A DNA stretch of 64,000 bases from a virus (lineage: Duplodnaviria; Caudoviricetes), in IMG/VR virus record IMGVR_UViG_3300018494_000083; one strand, written 5' to 3'. This document shows positions 13,701 through 21,412 of the stretch, piece by piece; position 1 is the first letter of the stretch; each line of letters begins with the position of its first letter. Below the pieces are notes generated by a model. The model was not told the DNA's origin. It did no database searches and saw only the letters and a program-made list of their open reading frames with translations. A program made the translations under genes and the position numbers.

Positions 13701-15805
13701 GTTGTGTAAATATGGAACAGATCGCTATTACCCAGAACGTTAAAACTATTTATGATCGTGCATTCATGATCTCTGAGCTGGATGCAAATGGTAACTATAT
13801 TGGAACACCTCCCAAGCTGAATTCTATCGCTTGTACAGGTAATGCTAAGTTCAATAGTGTAGATGGTATCTTGTATGCTAATTCTTACACTGAACTTGTT
13901 GCATATCCTATGGGTAAGTCCAACACAAGCCAGATCATAATCAATGGTAACACAACTATCGTAAGACCTTATGCTTGTTATGGTGTAAAGAATTCGAAGT
14001 TTGCATTTACCACCGCTTTGACTCGTATCGGAGACCACGCATTCTACGGTGCGGCAGGACTCGCTTCGGCAACTATCAGCTTTGTTATCGTTCAGGTAAC
14101 AGACGATATGTTCTGGAGATGCTCGAATGCTAACCTTAAGTTTGAGGGTGAACTTGCTGAACTTGGTGAGAGATCCTTCTATATGTGTGCTAACCTCTCT
14201 GGTATTCGTCTTGCTAATACAATTGAATCTATTCCTGAAGAGTGCTTCTATGGATGTACTAACCTTGTAAACTTTACGGATAATACCGGAACTGGTGGAT
14301 TCGTAATTCCTGCAAGTGTGGACTATATTGGTCCTAATGCATTCTATGGCGTAGCACCTACTGGAAATAACCTTCCCTACTCGATTAGCTTTGAGATGGG
14401 ATCTAACCTCTTGAGTATCGGACCTTCTGCATTTGCGGGAGTAAGAACTCAAACTCTTGCAATCCCTGAGACCTGTAAGTCTATTGGTAATAAAGCATTC
14501 TATCAGTGTGGACTTACCAGTATCAAGATTCCTGCAGCCGTTGAGACCATTGGTACTTCGGCATTTGAAGGATCTGAAAGACTTACAAGTGCAGATATCG
14601 GTATTGGTGTCAATTCGATTGGTAGCAAAGCCTTTTACGGTTGTACATCTCTTTCGACAGTTAATATGAGTGCAAGTATGGGTAGCAACGTTGCTATGGT
14701 TAATATCGATGCATTTGAAAATAATGCTTATGATAGACTCTTTGTCGTTCCTAAGGACGCAACACCTAACTTCGTAAATGCTACCAACTGGTCAACTTAT
14801 GAGATCTTTATCATTGATAAGGATGATTTTGAGAGTGGTATCACTACTCTTGAGGTAACTGTTAATATGAATGACAACTTTGGTATTTCAATTACCAAGT
14901 ATCCGACACCGGTTACCAAATTTAATAATACAACTGGTCACGAAGAAACCATCTACAAACCTGAATTGACTACGATCATTTGGGGTGATGGAACTTATTC
15001 GTGGACTTCTTACTGTGGCGAACCCGATGCTGAAGGCAACATTCCTGTCGATAGGGCAGTGGATGGTAATGGCAAGATTCTCGGTGTTGGCGTTCAGTTC
15101 AACAGAGCAAACCGTACACATTCCGATCAGTATGAGAAGAATTATAATCATAACCGTTATGTACTTACTAATGCAGAGTATAATACTTGGGTATATACAA
15201 ATGCAGATGGTAAGCAGGAGATGAGATATAACTATACTATAGCTACTGTTGACGGTGAATATGTCGGAGAACCTAAGCATTGTCTTTACGATACTAGTGA
15301 GAAGAATACCTTTACTATCAAGATTGTCAACAGAGGCAATTGGAAGTGCGGTACTTATATTCTCGGTAGCCAGAGCTACAACTCTCGTATCAATTCTGCC
15401 ATCCTTGATGAGCATATTGAAGACTACGGAGCAAATATGTTCTATGGCGCTACTGGTATGAAGACGATCTCTCTCCCTGGCATGTATCTGAGCAAATATA
15501 CCAAGGTGGGTAATAACTTCATGACCAACTGTAGTAATGCAGAAATGGTTGCTGTAAACCTGCCTAAATCTGTTACTGTAATTGGTTCGAATGCATTCGC
15601 TTACTGTTCACATCTGGAATATATCAACCTTAACAACGTTGAAGAAATTCAGAGTGGCGCATTTGCCGGATGTAGCTCGCTTCCTAACGTAACGCTCGAA
15701 AAGATCCAATCGCTTGGTGCAAATGCATTCAATAGCTGTAATGAACTCTATAGAGTAATTCTGGATACTGATGCAATACCTAGCGTAACGAGCACGACTT
15801 TCTAA
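4733..15805 (+). CDS. Giant 3690-aa putative virion adhesin: LamG-like + CotH-kinase-like region + LRR + BspA-type (LRR_5) repeats
   Basis: QGTSSQIYAKKNYK, FIGRYNFNYDKG, VDNRAKNMF, YDMDS motifs; many IGxxAFxxCxxLxxIxIPxSV repeats from about 11450 to the end. Confidence 0.8.
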   Translation: MPKVIGKMTTTDADEIIAYGDHIASSTSDSTPINKRVPKAFYAFNSNKTAVYESLEDYEAGVSKPIGPVSGATSLIPKDTIVFLTGESNAYIRLANKAGGLPNFIPIAGGESKIFTDMAEAENYAKNIGEVGEIITYIDTENEEVIVYKIDINRVLTDVATSFLVQLYSTEIQTSYTLTTGQSCEVGFVYNEKYGNDTTNKPGTITYQIKRPTDEKFVTISHPNLVYNINPTTVTDPNDPSYELGKTYCPVYFDPADYGYDFAEGENTIRITVTGGESRKQKSMDFTVNVIAMYLEPDSAFSDATVKNMQIITYAWYCFGEGVEKTVYLDITDDATGVKKTIVKDIGTSSGAYNWSTINLSDLFPGKESYHGTYSMEQYCVITGTIDTDNVIKSDSLYFNIMYCESNNPVPLISASISANKIDYGDNAYITYAVYSYNASTEYTNNVVRTIYYYTGTDELGQELTADAEGALLVVADDATPSATQIRRRDTGLEIAEGRYVVKIIYDDEDVTFKNGAAKDRWAITDYPDPKTATTIFLELSCTNEHGTTAKTFMLELGSVSGDYNLNPASVPTFCYFTSSGKSNASESKASWTCFQGGANTGKVLEASLQNLNYVNNGWIEDDEGAIALHLNGSAKCTIPILFNDQYLYYRNDGDFVEATNTIAGSGRTIVIDFKVSNVLDYGTPCISLINNTEGRGLIVTPQEAYLTNENFKLHYNSAGSISNKDSIPFVQIKDNERIQLTIVIENENASSGKMNTTQFIRMYLNGELSKALSFSSYYFSQNTKPSLVLGSNDATLDVYSVRCYEMALKDSDIIQNFIADRPSIKEKMAEYDKNNIYNTSGGMSGIKLVYDKAKKLYPCFLVTGQLSPIKGNKTKVGIIYTEPASTAEGFETKINCMDYYTKGDNTEEKIYLCETNVQGTSSQIYAKKNYKFKFVLIKTKDYQNVTSYYVKSEDGTDETYCEYKPFVFKKWYGPGNTEYWVKIADSQQSDTYQTTSTYRVNDIVYYAKAQWQCVKACDFTGSSTNGTDETSVFAPIVTASQSNVLIFDATDGTEEGYRYYFVPAGSEFYYRGEQNSNIAQYLIQDETRIRQASALQLNAETGAHHVNIGVNDEISESKFKYKLFSEGNYMGAAESTICVKADYMSPDGINSDNGRLFPKFFEDPIPPQRNNPYGEDNKDCFICIPGFRCLIFQRDTETSEINFIGRYNFNYDKGSTKSFGLENDGDEDADGNITNTTKAQKWEYLDNKDDICNFKSHKLLEPIPQIDSDGRVTGSKIAALSALESTYPDQGDLEDVGLEPDYMHMQVMYSWVLQRANYWEASSETVVTPFTYDGNYYYNERDYRKAIFIKEFERHFKKSHVINYYICVETIALVDNRAKNMFMSCYDVYHDTNRYAQYRTEGKDTTEAKALSEVNIRFTSGSISSVRDCINADTGEFNFNLIDWENSIFPIWYTSLYDMDSCGGVDNNGRNIYNYDVEIHDIYAYDADGNPTYCFNGEGSVFWCMVEDAFGAEIKARWNTLRDSTKTLLSPEIMFNEYMTKGVETLPPVVYNEDQRFKYLDIFTDGYYDITTQSDIFTSIYQYLCQGSKKYHKLWFVEKRISFLDSKYISPQYLANNISFRINKGTNVYVTPDEIAINVTPSTTQYQYCEYGNSAGTYYGGKCRAGETITIKPSAAGIMQDIVFKVFGSNNISSIGDISHLYPSKPDFRYATLLKDLIIGSSREGYTNSYLTSEYMSTINLPLLQKFDISNCDALTGSIDMTGCTNIQEIYAVGTNVPSILVPNGGSLRVMKLPRSITTLKLQNQKYIENLSLEDYSNLTHLYLQDVAGIEIPELVMKATNLKYARLINVNWVLDGKDVLNKLMACGGLTEAGGEIDKCVLTGSIIVNNVSKVNQELWTDYWASYIADGSLRFTFGESANFFYATYYKTNATDVQVEGTTGANGYIQEVVRTVAEEGDATWYCELLTDTFGNGANNINKSMFRPVLLATNTNQPIEGDNAPVITDSVEIKASLVSSYWCVDGAITSYSPSDYYLALEEYNDQGHIRYVQTDGVNNRYKRIATYDMWIRNADNTLAMYSSVTHKVVLKDNNGNIVYTSSDGIRAQPPADAQSTGYWYDASGAQIIVNNQICSTDNFTCHIIGYEDIYTEFVDEGDMPEYNNPEYPTNGNLMFSHWSPVVPSISKNECIYSHFISGYTSAPLNPAFYKDGYEAYESDGNGNPLSYKLTKVESAFTETGNTELVIPKAIDGIPIKALGDRLFSSMFAGGRGVTAVYFETGSEVEYIGNEVFSGCTDLQTIEIPDSVKHLGENVFNNCTATIMWTGNPTITNIGKYAFNNCASEYMKVNCQPRERNIPDSLVTIEEHAFANSRMDINWGSVSKTEVIGSYAFQSSTAENITLPGSLREIGLSAFGGCENLTEITIPRSTKRINAGAFNGCRNLATVTLANGIDLEYIGTGKTVFNGTAFAGTYEEAATHTTDKHWVSTGGGKALYLDSNNGKYLLCVESGTTRLPVDSSTLLIAESACEGIITLTNLTMEASSNTKYINSKAFKGTAIAGTVTIPNNVKVIEESVFENCSAVNTVVLGTGAEIIQSYAFANCGVGTVTFNEGLKRLEDYAFYNCQNITTVALPVSVEYIGDFVFNKCNAIQIMKVPYVGRTKDSNKTYDSVFGYFFGYQINPDSVKVGDNLTGKTIFFDTEKAISYGTETTIMSVDVNTGTPEVPVMVNMLKFVAGPSGSSIYIRNSVASQGYDTIVEITEGATYKETYYTFPNGSTPYVITSIMNDDNIMVYNRDYVDLMKESNIAPTTQYFNETEFEEYYIPSSIREIHLLKTERIPFGAFQNIASLQTFTIDGNCPISDIGVGAFANCTGLSTINGLSFAITLRNVGAGAFAACSSLTSVELPAGVVSIGDSVFNGCANLATLAVPASLEEIGVDALKNTAIQYNTSGNIKYLGNSTNQYLWAISTVDPDVANNTLAESTVGIYYDCFKGCVNMEQIAITQNVKTIYDRAFMISELDANGNYIGTPPKLNSIACTGNAKFNSVDGILYANSYTELVAYPMGKSNTSQIIINGNTTIVRPYACYGVKNSKFAFTTALTRIGDHAFYGAAGLASATISFVIVQVTDDMFWRCSNANLKFEGELAELGERSFYMCANLSGIRLANTIESIPEECFYGCTNLVNFTDNTGTGGFVIPASVDYIGPNAFYGVAPTGNNLPYSISFEMGSNLLSIGPSAFAGVRTQTLAIPETCKSIGNKAFYQCGLTSIKIPAAVETIGTSAFEGSERLTSADIGIGVNSIGSKAFYGCTSLSTVNMSASMGSNVAMVNIDAFENNAYDRLFVVPKDATPNFVNATNWSTYEIFIIDKDDFESGITTLEVTVNMNDNFGISITKYPTPVTKFNNTTGHEETIYKPELTTIIWGDGTYSWTSYCGEPDAEGNIPVDRAVDGNGKILGVGVQFNRANRTHSDQYEKNYNHNRYVLTNAEYNTWVYTNADGKQEMRYNYTIATVDGEYVGEPKHCLYDTSEKNTFTIKIVNRGNWKCGTYILGSQSYNSRINSAILDEHIEDYGANMFYGATGMKTISLPGMYLSKYTKVGNNFMTNCSNAEMVAVNLPKSVTVIGSNAFAYCSHLEYINLNNVEEIQSGAFAGCSSLPNVTLEKIQSLGANAFNSCNELYRVILDTDAIPSVTSTTF

Positions 15806-15821
15806 TAATTAAGTACTACAA

Positions 15822-15862
15822 ATCTCTAAGGGATCTATATGGTCCCTTAGAGAAATTTTTTA
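15822..15862 (+). terminator. Terminator-like hairpin between the two LRR genes
   Basis: TCTCTAAGGGATC/GGTCCCTTAGAGA stem then AATTTTTT. Confidence 0.7.
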
Positions 15863-15877
15863 TTCAGGAGGAAACTC

Positions 15878-18800
15878 ATGAAGAATCAGGGAAAAATATT
15901 TGTCCCGTATTCTCAGTACTATGATTACCTCGATCACAATACATGGGGAACTACATATAGAAATAGATTGTACTACTCCGGTTCAAAAGGTCTTGTGTAT
16001 GATGGTCTGAATGCGAGCAATGCCGCTGCTTCTGGTTCTGATATTTCCCGCTATCGTGTAGGTAAAGGTACAAATAGTGCCGGAAACGGATATACGACAG
16101 CATTCGAAGGTCAGACCTTGCTCGGTATTCCTAAATACTACGATAACGGCGATCTTCCTGTTACCGTTATCGGAACCCATGCTTTTAGCATGAATACGGA
16201 TATTCAAAGAGTATCCATCCCCGATTCAGTGGAAATCATTCAGGATTACGCTTTCTATGGTTGTAAGGGTATTAAATTCGTCCTTATGACAAGAACTACT
16301 CCTCCCGAGATCGGTATGAACACATTCGAAGAGAATAGTGCAGACCGTATCTTTGTTGTCCCTGACTCGGTAGGTAACACAGTTCGTACTGCATATACAA
16401 GTGCACCGAACTGGCAAAATTATGCTCACCTTATTATTACTCAGTCCGAGTATGAGAAGATGAGTACTGGATCTGGATTCACACACTTTGACATTAAGAA
16501 GACAACAGCCGGTGAATTTGAGGTAACCATCAATGTACAGAAGTACGATGATAGTATCATGACTGTCATCTGGGGTGATGGAACTTCTCAGGTTTGTGGT
16601 GGTGTTGCCGAAGACGGAAGTCCTATTGTTGGTGAATCTTTGACTCATATTTACAACCCCGGCGAATATACAATTTCGTTCATTGCAAGAGGTCCTTGGA
16701 ACTTAAACAATGGTGCATTCTTGCTTGGTAACGTTGCTAAGAACGCATATCTGATCAACGCTCACTTTGATGAATACTTTGCTGCATACGACAGAGGAAC
16801 TTCTCAGGCTAAACCTGAGTATACCATCGCTGATACTGCTATCTTTACTGGTGCTATCAATATGGAAAGCCTCAGCCTTCCTAAAGGTATCGTTCAGCTT
16901 CCCGAGAATCTTCTCAGTGGTTTGTATTCACTTGTAAGCTTGCAGTTGCCTTTCGTCGGAAGACATATCGACCCGTCAACTGTTGCTGATGCTCTGTTCG
17001 GTCGTATTTTCTCGACCAATCAGTACGGTACAGGCGATAAGCCTACTATCGTAGTTAATCAGAAATATGGCGATGGAGACGGCGACGTGCACAGCTTCTA
17101 TATGCCTGCAGGATTGAGAAATATAACAATTCTGTCCGGTGAAATTGGAGCTGGTGCATTCTCTGGTTGTGAACAGCTTGAAAGTATTATCATTACCGAA
17201 GATATCACTACCTACGGTGCATATGCTTTCTATGGTTGTACTAACTTGGAAAACTTTGATATTCCTGATACTGTTACAACTATCGGAGCTCACTGCTTCG
17301 ACGGATGTAATAATTGGGAAGCTACCAGAATTCCTTCTGTACTGACAGCTATTCCCGATTATGCATTCAATGAGTGTAACAAGATCAGTCTGAGCACACT
17401 TCCTTCAGGACTGACTACAATCGGTAGCCATGGTTTCACTAACTGTGCTGCTATTAAATTGGCTAGTCTTCCTGCTACTTTGGCATCTCTTGGAGATGCG
17501 TGTTTTAAGGGATGTGCTAATATTACCCTTTCTGAACTTCCGGAAAGCTTGACAACTCTCCCTGCAGAATGCTTCAGTGGATGTGCTAAAGTAACATTTA
17601 GTGAACTTCCTTCCGGAATGACAATTATCCCCGATGGAGTCTATGAGGGATGTACTCTTGTTACATTCTCTAACTTCATTACTGGTACTACCAAAATTGG
17701 TGCCAACGCATTTAAGAACTGTGCAAACGTAGAATTCGATGAACTTCCTTCGACTCTTACTGAGATCGGGGCAAACGCATTCTATGAGTGTAAGAAAGTT
17801 TCTTTTGATAGCTTGCCTAATGGAATTACATCGATTGGAGAGTATGCATTCTACTCTTGTTTGAATGTAACCTTCTCGATATTCCCTCCGAATATTCAGG
17901 CTATTAATGCTGGTACCTTTAAGTCTTGTGTCAATGTCACATTCTCTGCATTCCCTGAGAATATTGTTCGTATCGGAGAATCTGCATTTGAAGGCTGTTA
18001 CAACGTTCGTTTTGCCGCTCTTCCTAATACAGTAACTGAAATCGGTGCGAAAGCATTCATGAGCTGTACTGCAATGAGAATGGCAACGATCTCAAATAGA
18101 CTTGTAACTATTCCTGATCATGCATTTGATACCTGTACAAATATGACACTCAGCTATATCCCTGCATCGGTAACATCTATCGGTAAACGAGCATTCGCTG
18201 GTTGTGTGGGAATTGTTGGAAGCCTTTCTTTCGGTTCTGCAGCTAACGGTACCGGTTTGTCTGGTGTAGCTGGAAATACATCTATCGCAGTAGATGCGTT
18301 TGAGGATTGCGGTGCATCGTCTATCCTTAACTTTAGATTCTACAGCGGCTTGTCTAATGCCTATGTACCTTCTAATGGTTATGAGAATGGTTGGGGAGCA
18401 CTTCAGTTCTCTATTCAGAAGCTTATGGCATATGAACCTACCAAAGGTAGAGACTATGACACATACTTCACATTTGACGAGGTAGATCTTGGCGAAGGTC
18501 AAATCGGATTTAAGCTCGTCGACTACTCTAATCTTATCAAAAATAAAAGTCTTCAGCCTCCGGAAATCTTCATGTTCGGTCCTACTTATATCAATAGTAC
18601 TGGTACCGAAGGTCACATTGTTGCGATCGGTCCTGACGTCTTTAACATGGACACGAATGCTGATGCACAATATTTCTTCAGTCACTGTGAAGACATGAGC
18701 TTTACGGATGGTTGTTCGATCGATGAATTTGAAGAAGCTTGCTTCAAAGGTAATACTGTTATCAAAGACTTCAGACTTCCTGATAGTCTTAAGGTAATTG

Positions 18801-21040
18801 GTAGGTCCTGCTTCGAAGGTTGTTCCAACCTCTCTATCAGTGAGCTTCCTTCCGGAATTAAAGAAATCGGTGAGAGGGCATTCTATAACTGTGACAAGGT
18901 TAACTTCAGCGTTATTCCGGCGTCTATTGAGTCTATCGCTGCAGGTGCATTCGATGAGTGTAGTAACGTTTCTGCACTTTATCTCGACTCTTGTAACTCG
19001 CTTCAGGAACTCGATATCTCCTCGTCTGACCATATTCAGGAAGTTTCTCTTCCTATCCATGGTTATAACCTGAAGACTTTCAGAACCAGAAACGATGAAT
19101 ATACACTTCTCTGTAGATTCAGACATACTGGTGCATCTGGTATGTATATGGTTCTCGATGCTTCTCCCTCTAACCATACAAATGGATTCAAGATCTTTAT
19201 CTCGGAAAACGTTCTTTACGCAGGAAACTGTGTACTCACAAGAAACGTACAACCGAACGTAGAGTATACGATTATAATCCGTGGAACTGCTAGTGATGAA
19301 ATCGTTGCTAACTCTCTCATTCTTATCGAGGATAGAGTTGAGTTTAATCGCTTCGATTTCGGTTATAAGCATTCTACCGGCTACGGTCTTGATTCCTTTA
19401 ATGTAGATGAAGCTGGTGTAGTTCTCACTAAGCTTGAGTACTACAATAAAGCTTATAAATACTATGATGCTGTAAGCTATCCTTCTGGTGCCGCACTTAC
19501 AAATGATGAAGTCCTTCAGGCTCATCTGAATACTAAGCTCGGTTATCTCCAGGATGGTACCGGTATCAGACTCTTCCTACTTCCTCCCAGATGGAAGTAT
19601 GAGACTTATCGAATCCGTCTCGACCTTGATACAGAGAACGTAACCCGTACTGCTTACAATATGGATGACAGACTCTGTAACCTTACTTGGTATGAGCTCG
19701 CTGCTCTTGGTAGAGAAGGATATCTCGATACATCTGACTGTACTACCTCTACGCCTTATAACGCTAAGCTTTCTCTCGATATTGATAGAGGTGAAGGTGT
19801 TGTTACTGAGAAGTGGATTCAGGTTGGTGAATGTAAGCATACCAAGCTTGAATATCCTACCGGATCTTCTTACTCGAACTGTAACGGTGGTGCAGAAGTT
19901 ACTGAAGGAACTGGTCTTCCCAACATGTGGTGGGAATTGGTCGGTCTCTTCACAGATAAATCCGAAGACATGGGTGTATGTCCTATGACATTCGGAATGA
20001 AGGATTTGTTACCTGAAAAATCGCAGTTGTATTCTGCTTCTCATGGAATGAAGGATATGTATGTTGGTCTCTCTGACTACGGTGAGGCAACTAACAACCT
20101 CGCATCCTATACTCATCCCGCTGGTGCAGATGCTGATATTCTGTGGTTGGTTGCAAATGGTACGACTTGTATCTCTTCGATCAAAGTTACCAGAGGTGCA
20201 ACTGTAACAGGTTTCAACTTCAACTCTTCTACTACAGCTAACTATGTAAACCTTCCTGTTAATACCCAATACGGTGGTAAGATTGCGAAGAGAAAATATA
20301 ACGGAACTGTTAATGATTCTCTCGTAACTGGATATTTCGATGGTGCCGAGACACCCGATCCGTCGACTGCTCTTTACTTTGATGCAACTCTGGGTGAAAT
20401 CGTCCGTGATGAAGCTTCTGAATGTTTGTGTCTGACAAGAGGAGCAAGAATCGGTATTCCTGTAAGTGCTGGTAATACTGTCGATATATCTTACTACAAC
20501 TCTTGGAACCTTACTGGTTGGAGAGATTGTATTGCTCGTACTAACGGTAACGGTGCACACTTCAATGCACTTCCCGATGAAGTAAAGCAAGTATCCGAAA
20601 CTGTACTGAAATATACCAACATTGGTGGCTTGCACAAAGTCATTAATGAGACCAAAGATAAGATGTTCCTTTACAGCTTATCTGAGGCTGGTATGTATAA
20701 CGCTACAGATCCATATATGTATGAAGGTGATGCTTATCAGTTCTACCAGCCGAGTGTTGCGTCAAACGGCGGCAGAACTGCCGTCCGTAAGAAGTTCCTC
20801 ATCAACGACTCACCTAACTATACATACTGGTGGCTTCGCACTCCGGATAATATTCCATATTGGTATCAAGGAGGTTTAGTAACTCATAATAATGTACCAG
20901 TTATAGATAAAGATGGTAAAACATGGAGCAACGCATATGCGGCTTTCTATATTCATGGTGTTTGCTTCGGGCTTTCAACCAAGCAAAGAAACCAAACAAG
21001 ATACTTCAACGCGGCGCTTGCGCTGAAATCTGAGAGGTAG
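15878..21040 (+). CDS. 1720-aa BspA-LRR protein with C-terminal DUF6273/C-type-lectin-like domain; putative receptor-binding protein and target of the cassette array
   Basis: AGGAGG RBS; regular 23-aa LPxxLTxIGxxAFxxC repeats; C-terminus MTFGMKDLL...GWRDCIART...LPDEVK...DKMFLYSLSE...EGDAYQFY...YWWLRTP...HGVCFGL. Confidence 0.85.
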   Translation: MKNQGKIFVPYSQYYDYLDHNTWGTTYRNRLYYSGSKGLVYDGLNASNAAASGSDISRYRVGKGTNSAGNGYTTAFEGQTLLGIPKYYDNGDLPVTVIGTHAFSMNTDIQRVSIPDSVEIIQDYAFYGCKGIKFVLMTRTTPPEIGMNTFEENSADRIFVVPDSVGNTVRTAYTSAPNWQNYAHLIITQSEYEKMSTGSGFTHFDIKKTTAGEFEVTINVQKYDDSIMTVIWGDGTSQVCGGVAEDGSPIVGESLTHIYNPGEYTISFIARGPWNLNNGAFLLGNVAKNAYLINAHFDEYFAAYDRGTSQAKPEYTIADTAIFTGAINMESLSLPKGIVQLPENLLSGLYSLVSLQLPFVGRHIDPSTVADALFGRIFSTNQYGTGDKPTIVVNQKYGDGDGDVHSFYMPAGLRNITILSGEIGAGAFSGCEQLESIIITEDITTYGAYAFYGCTNLENFDIPDTVTTIGAHCFDGCNNWEATRIPSVLTAIPDYAFNECNKISLSTLPSGLTTIGSHGFTNCAAIKLASLPATLASLGDACFKGCANITLSELPESLTTLPAECFSGCAKVTFSELPSGMTIIPDGVYEGCTLVTFSNFITGTTKIGANAFKNCANVEFDELPSTLTEIGANAFYECKKVSFDSLPNGITSIGEYAFYSCLNVTFSIFPPNIQAINAGTFKSCVNVTFSAFPENIVRIGESAFEGCYNVRFAALPNTVTEIGAKAFMSCTAMRMATISNRLVTIPDHAFDTCTNMTLSYIPASVTSIGKRAFAGCVGIVGSLSFGSAANGTGLSGVAGNTSIAVDAFEDCGASSILNFRFYSGLSNAYVPSNGYENGWGALQFSIQKLMAYEPTKGRDYDTYFTFDEVDLGEGQIGFKLVDYSNLIKNKSLQPPEIFMFGPTYINSTGTEGHIVAIGPDVFNMDTNADAQYFFSHCEDMSFTDGCSIDEFEEACFKGNTVIKDFRLPDSLKVIGRSCFEGCSNLSISELPSGIKEIGERAFYNCDKVNFSVIPASIESIAAGAFDECSNVSALYLDSCNSLQELDISSSDHIQEVSLPIHGYNLKTFRTRNDEYTLLCRFRHTGASGMYMVLDASPSNHTNGFKIFISENVLYAGNCVLTRNVQPNVEYTIIIRGTASDEIVANSLILIEDRVEFNRFDFGYKHSTGYGLDSFNVDEAGVVLTKLEYYNKAYKYYDAVSYPSGAALTNDEVLQAHLNTKLGYLQDGTGIRLFLLPPRWKYETYRIRLDLDTENVTRTAYNMDDRLCNLTWYELAALGREGYLDTSDCTTSTPYNAKLSLDIDRGEGVVTEKWIQVGECKHTKLEYPTGSSYSNCNGGAEVTEGTGLPNMWWELVGLFTDKSEDMGVCPMTFGMKDLLPEKSQLYSASHGMKDMYVGLSDYGEATNNLASYTHPAGADADILWLVANGTTCISSIKVTRGATVTGFNFNSSTTANYVNLPVNTQYGGKIAKRKYNGTVNDSLVTGYFDGAETPDPSTALYFDATLGEIVRDEASECLCLTRGARIGIPVSAGNTVDISYYNSWNLTGWRDCIARTNGNGAHFNALPDEVKQVSETVLKYTNIGGLHKVINETKDKMFLYSLSEAGMYNATDPYMYEGDAYQFYQPSVASNGGRTAVRKKFLINDSPNYTYWWLRTPDNIPYWYQGGLVTHNNVPVIDKDGKTWSNAYAAFYIHGVCFGLSTKQRNQTRYFNAALALKSER
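20840..20962 (+). other. Expressed variable segment (TP...HGV, 41 codons) of the C-terminal lectin-like domain
   Basis: Bounded by ACTCC and CATGGTGTT, the same ends as the array cassettes; uses TTA/ATA/GTA/AAA codons unlike the CTT/ATC/AAG-rich body of the gene. Confidence 0.8.
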
Positions 21041-21232
21041 ATCATGAGTTTGTGATTAGCAATCACATGGTTCATATTCCGCATATCTATTAGATGATAT
21101 TCGTCGATAGTTGATATTATATTGGATATGCGGTCCCTCTTGACTCCGGTAACATATAGGATAGTATGTATGCAATATGTATGAGAAAATCTATTAGACG
21201 GAGACAAGTTATTTACTAAAAAATAAAAATAT

Positions 21233-21260
21233 GGAGATAGGCATTTCTGCCTATCTCCTT
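21233..21260. terminator. Bidirectional terminator between convergent operons
   Basis: GGAGATAGGCA/TGCCTATCTCC stem, A-tract left, T-rich right. Confidence 0.75.
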
Positions 21261-21270
21261 TATTTGTCGT

Positions 21271-21408
21271 TTAAGATCGAGTATTATCATCTTTATCTTT
21301 AGGAGGTCTATCATTTCTCCGCTGTTCTTCAACCTCGTAGATTCTGGCTGCAACCATTGCTGCAAGTCCGAGACCACCCAAGATATACCAAATAATATCA
21401 GCAATCAT
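21271..21408 (-). CDS. 45-aa single-pass membrane peptide (not in ORF track)
   Basis: MIADIIWYILGGLGLAAMVAARIYEVEEQRRNDRPPKDKDDNTRS; starts 4 nt after the upstream stop and ends just before the terminator. Confidence 0.55.
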   Translation of the reverse strand: MIADIIWYILGGLGLAAMVAARIYEVEEQRRNDRPPKDKDDNTRS

Positions 21409-21412
21409 AATC

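Noticed and set aside
5798-20635. Long antisense ORFs (7331-8905, 9056-11254, 11300-14452, 18092-19525)
   Set aside because: Shadows of strongly codon-biased sense genes; no recognisable motifs
21143-21184. Plus-strand ACTCC as a further cassette
   Set aside because: Frame closes after 13 codons
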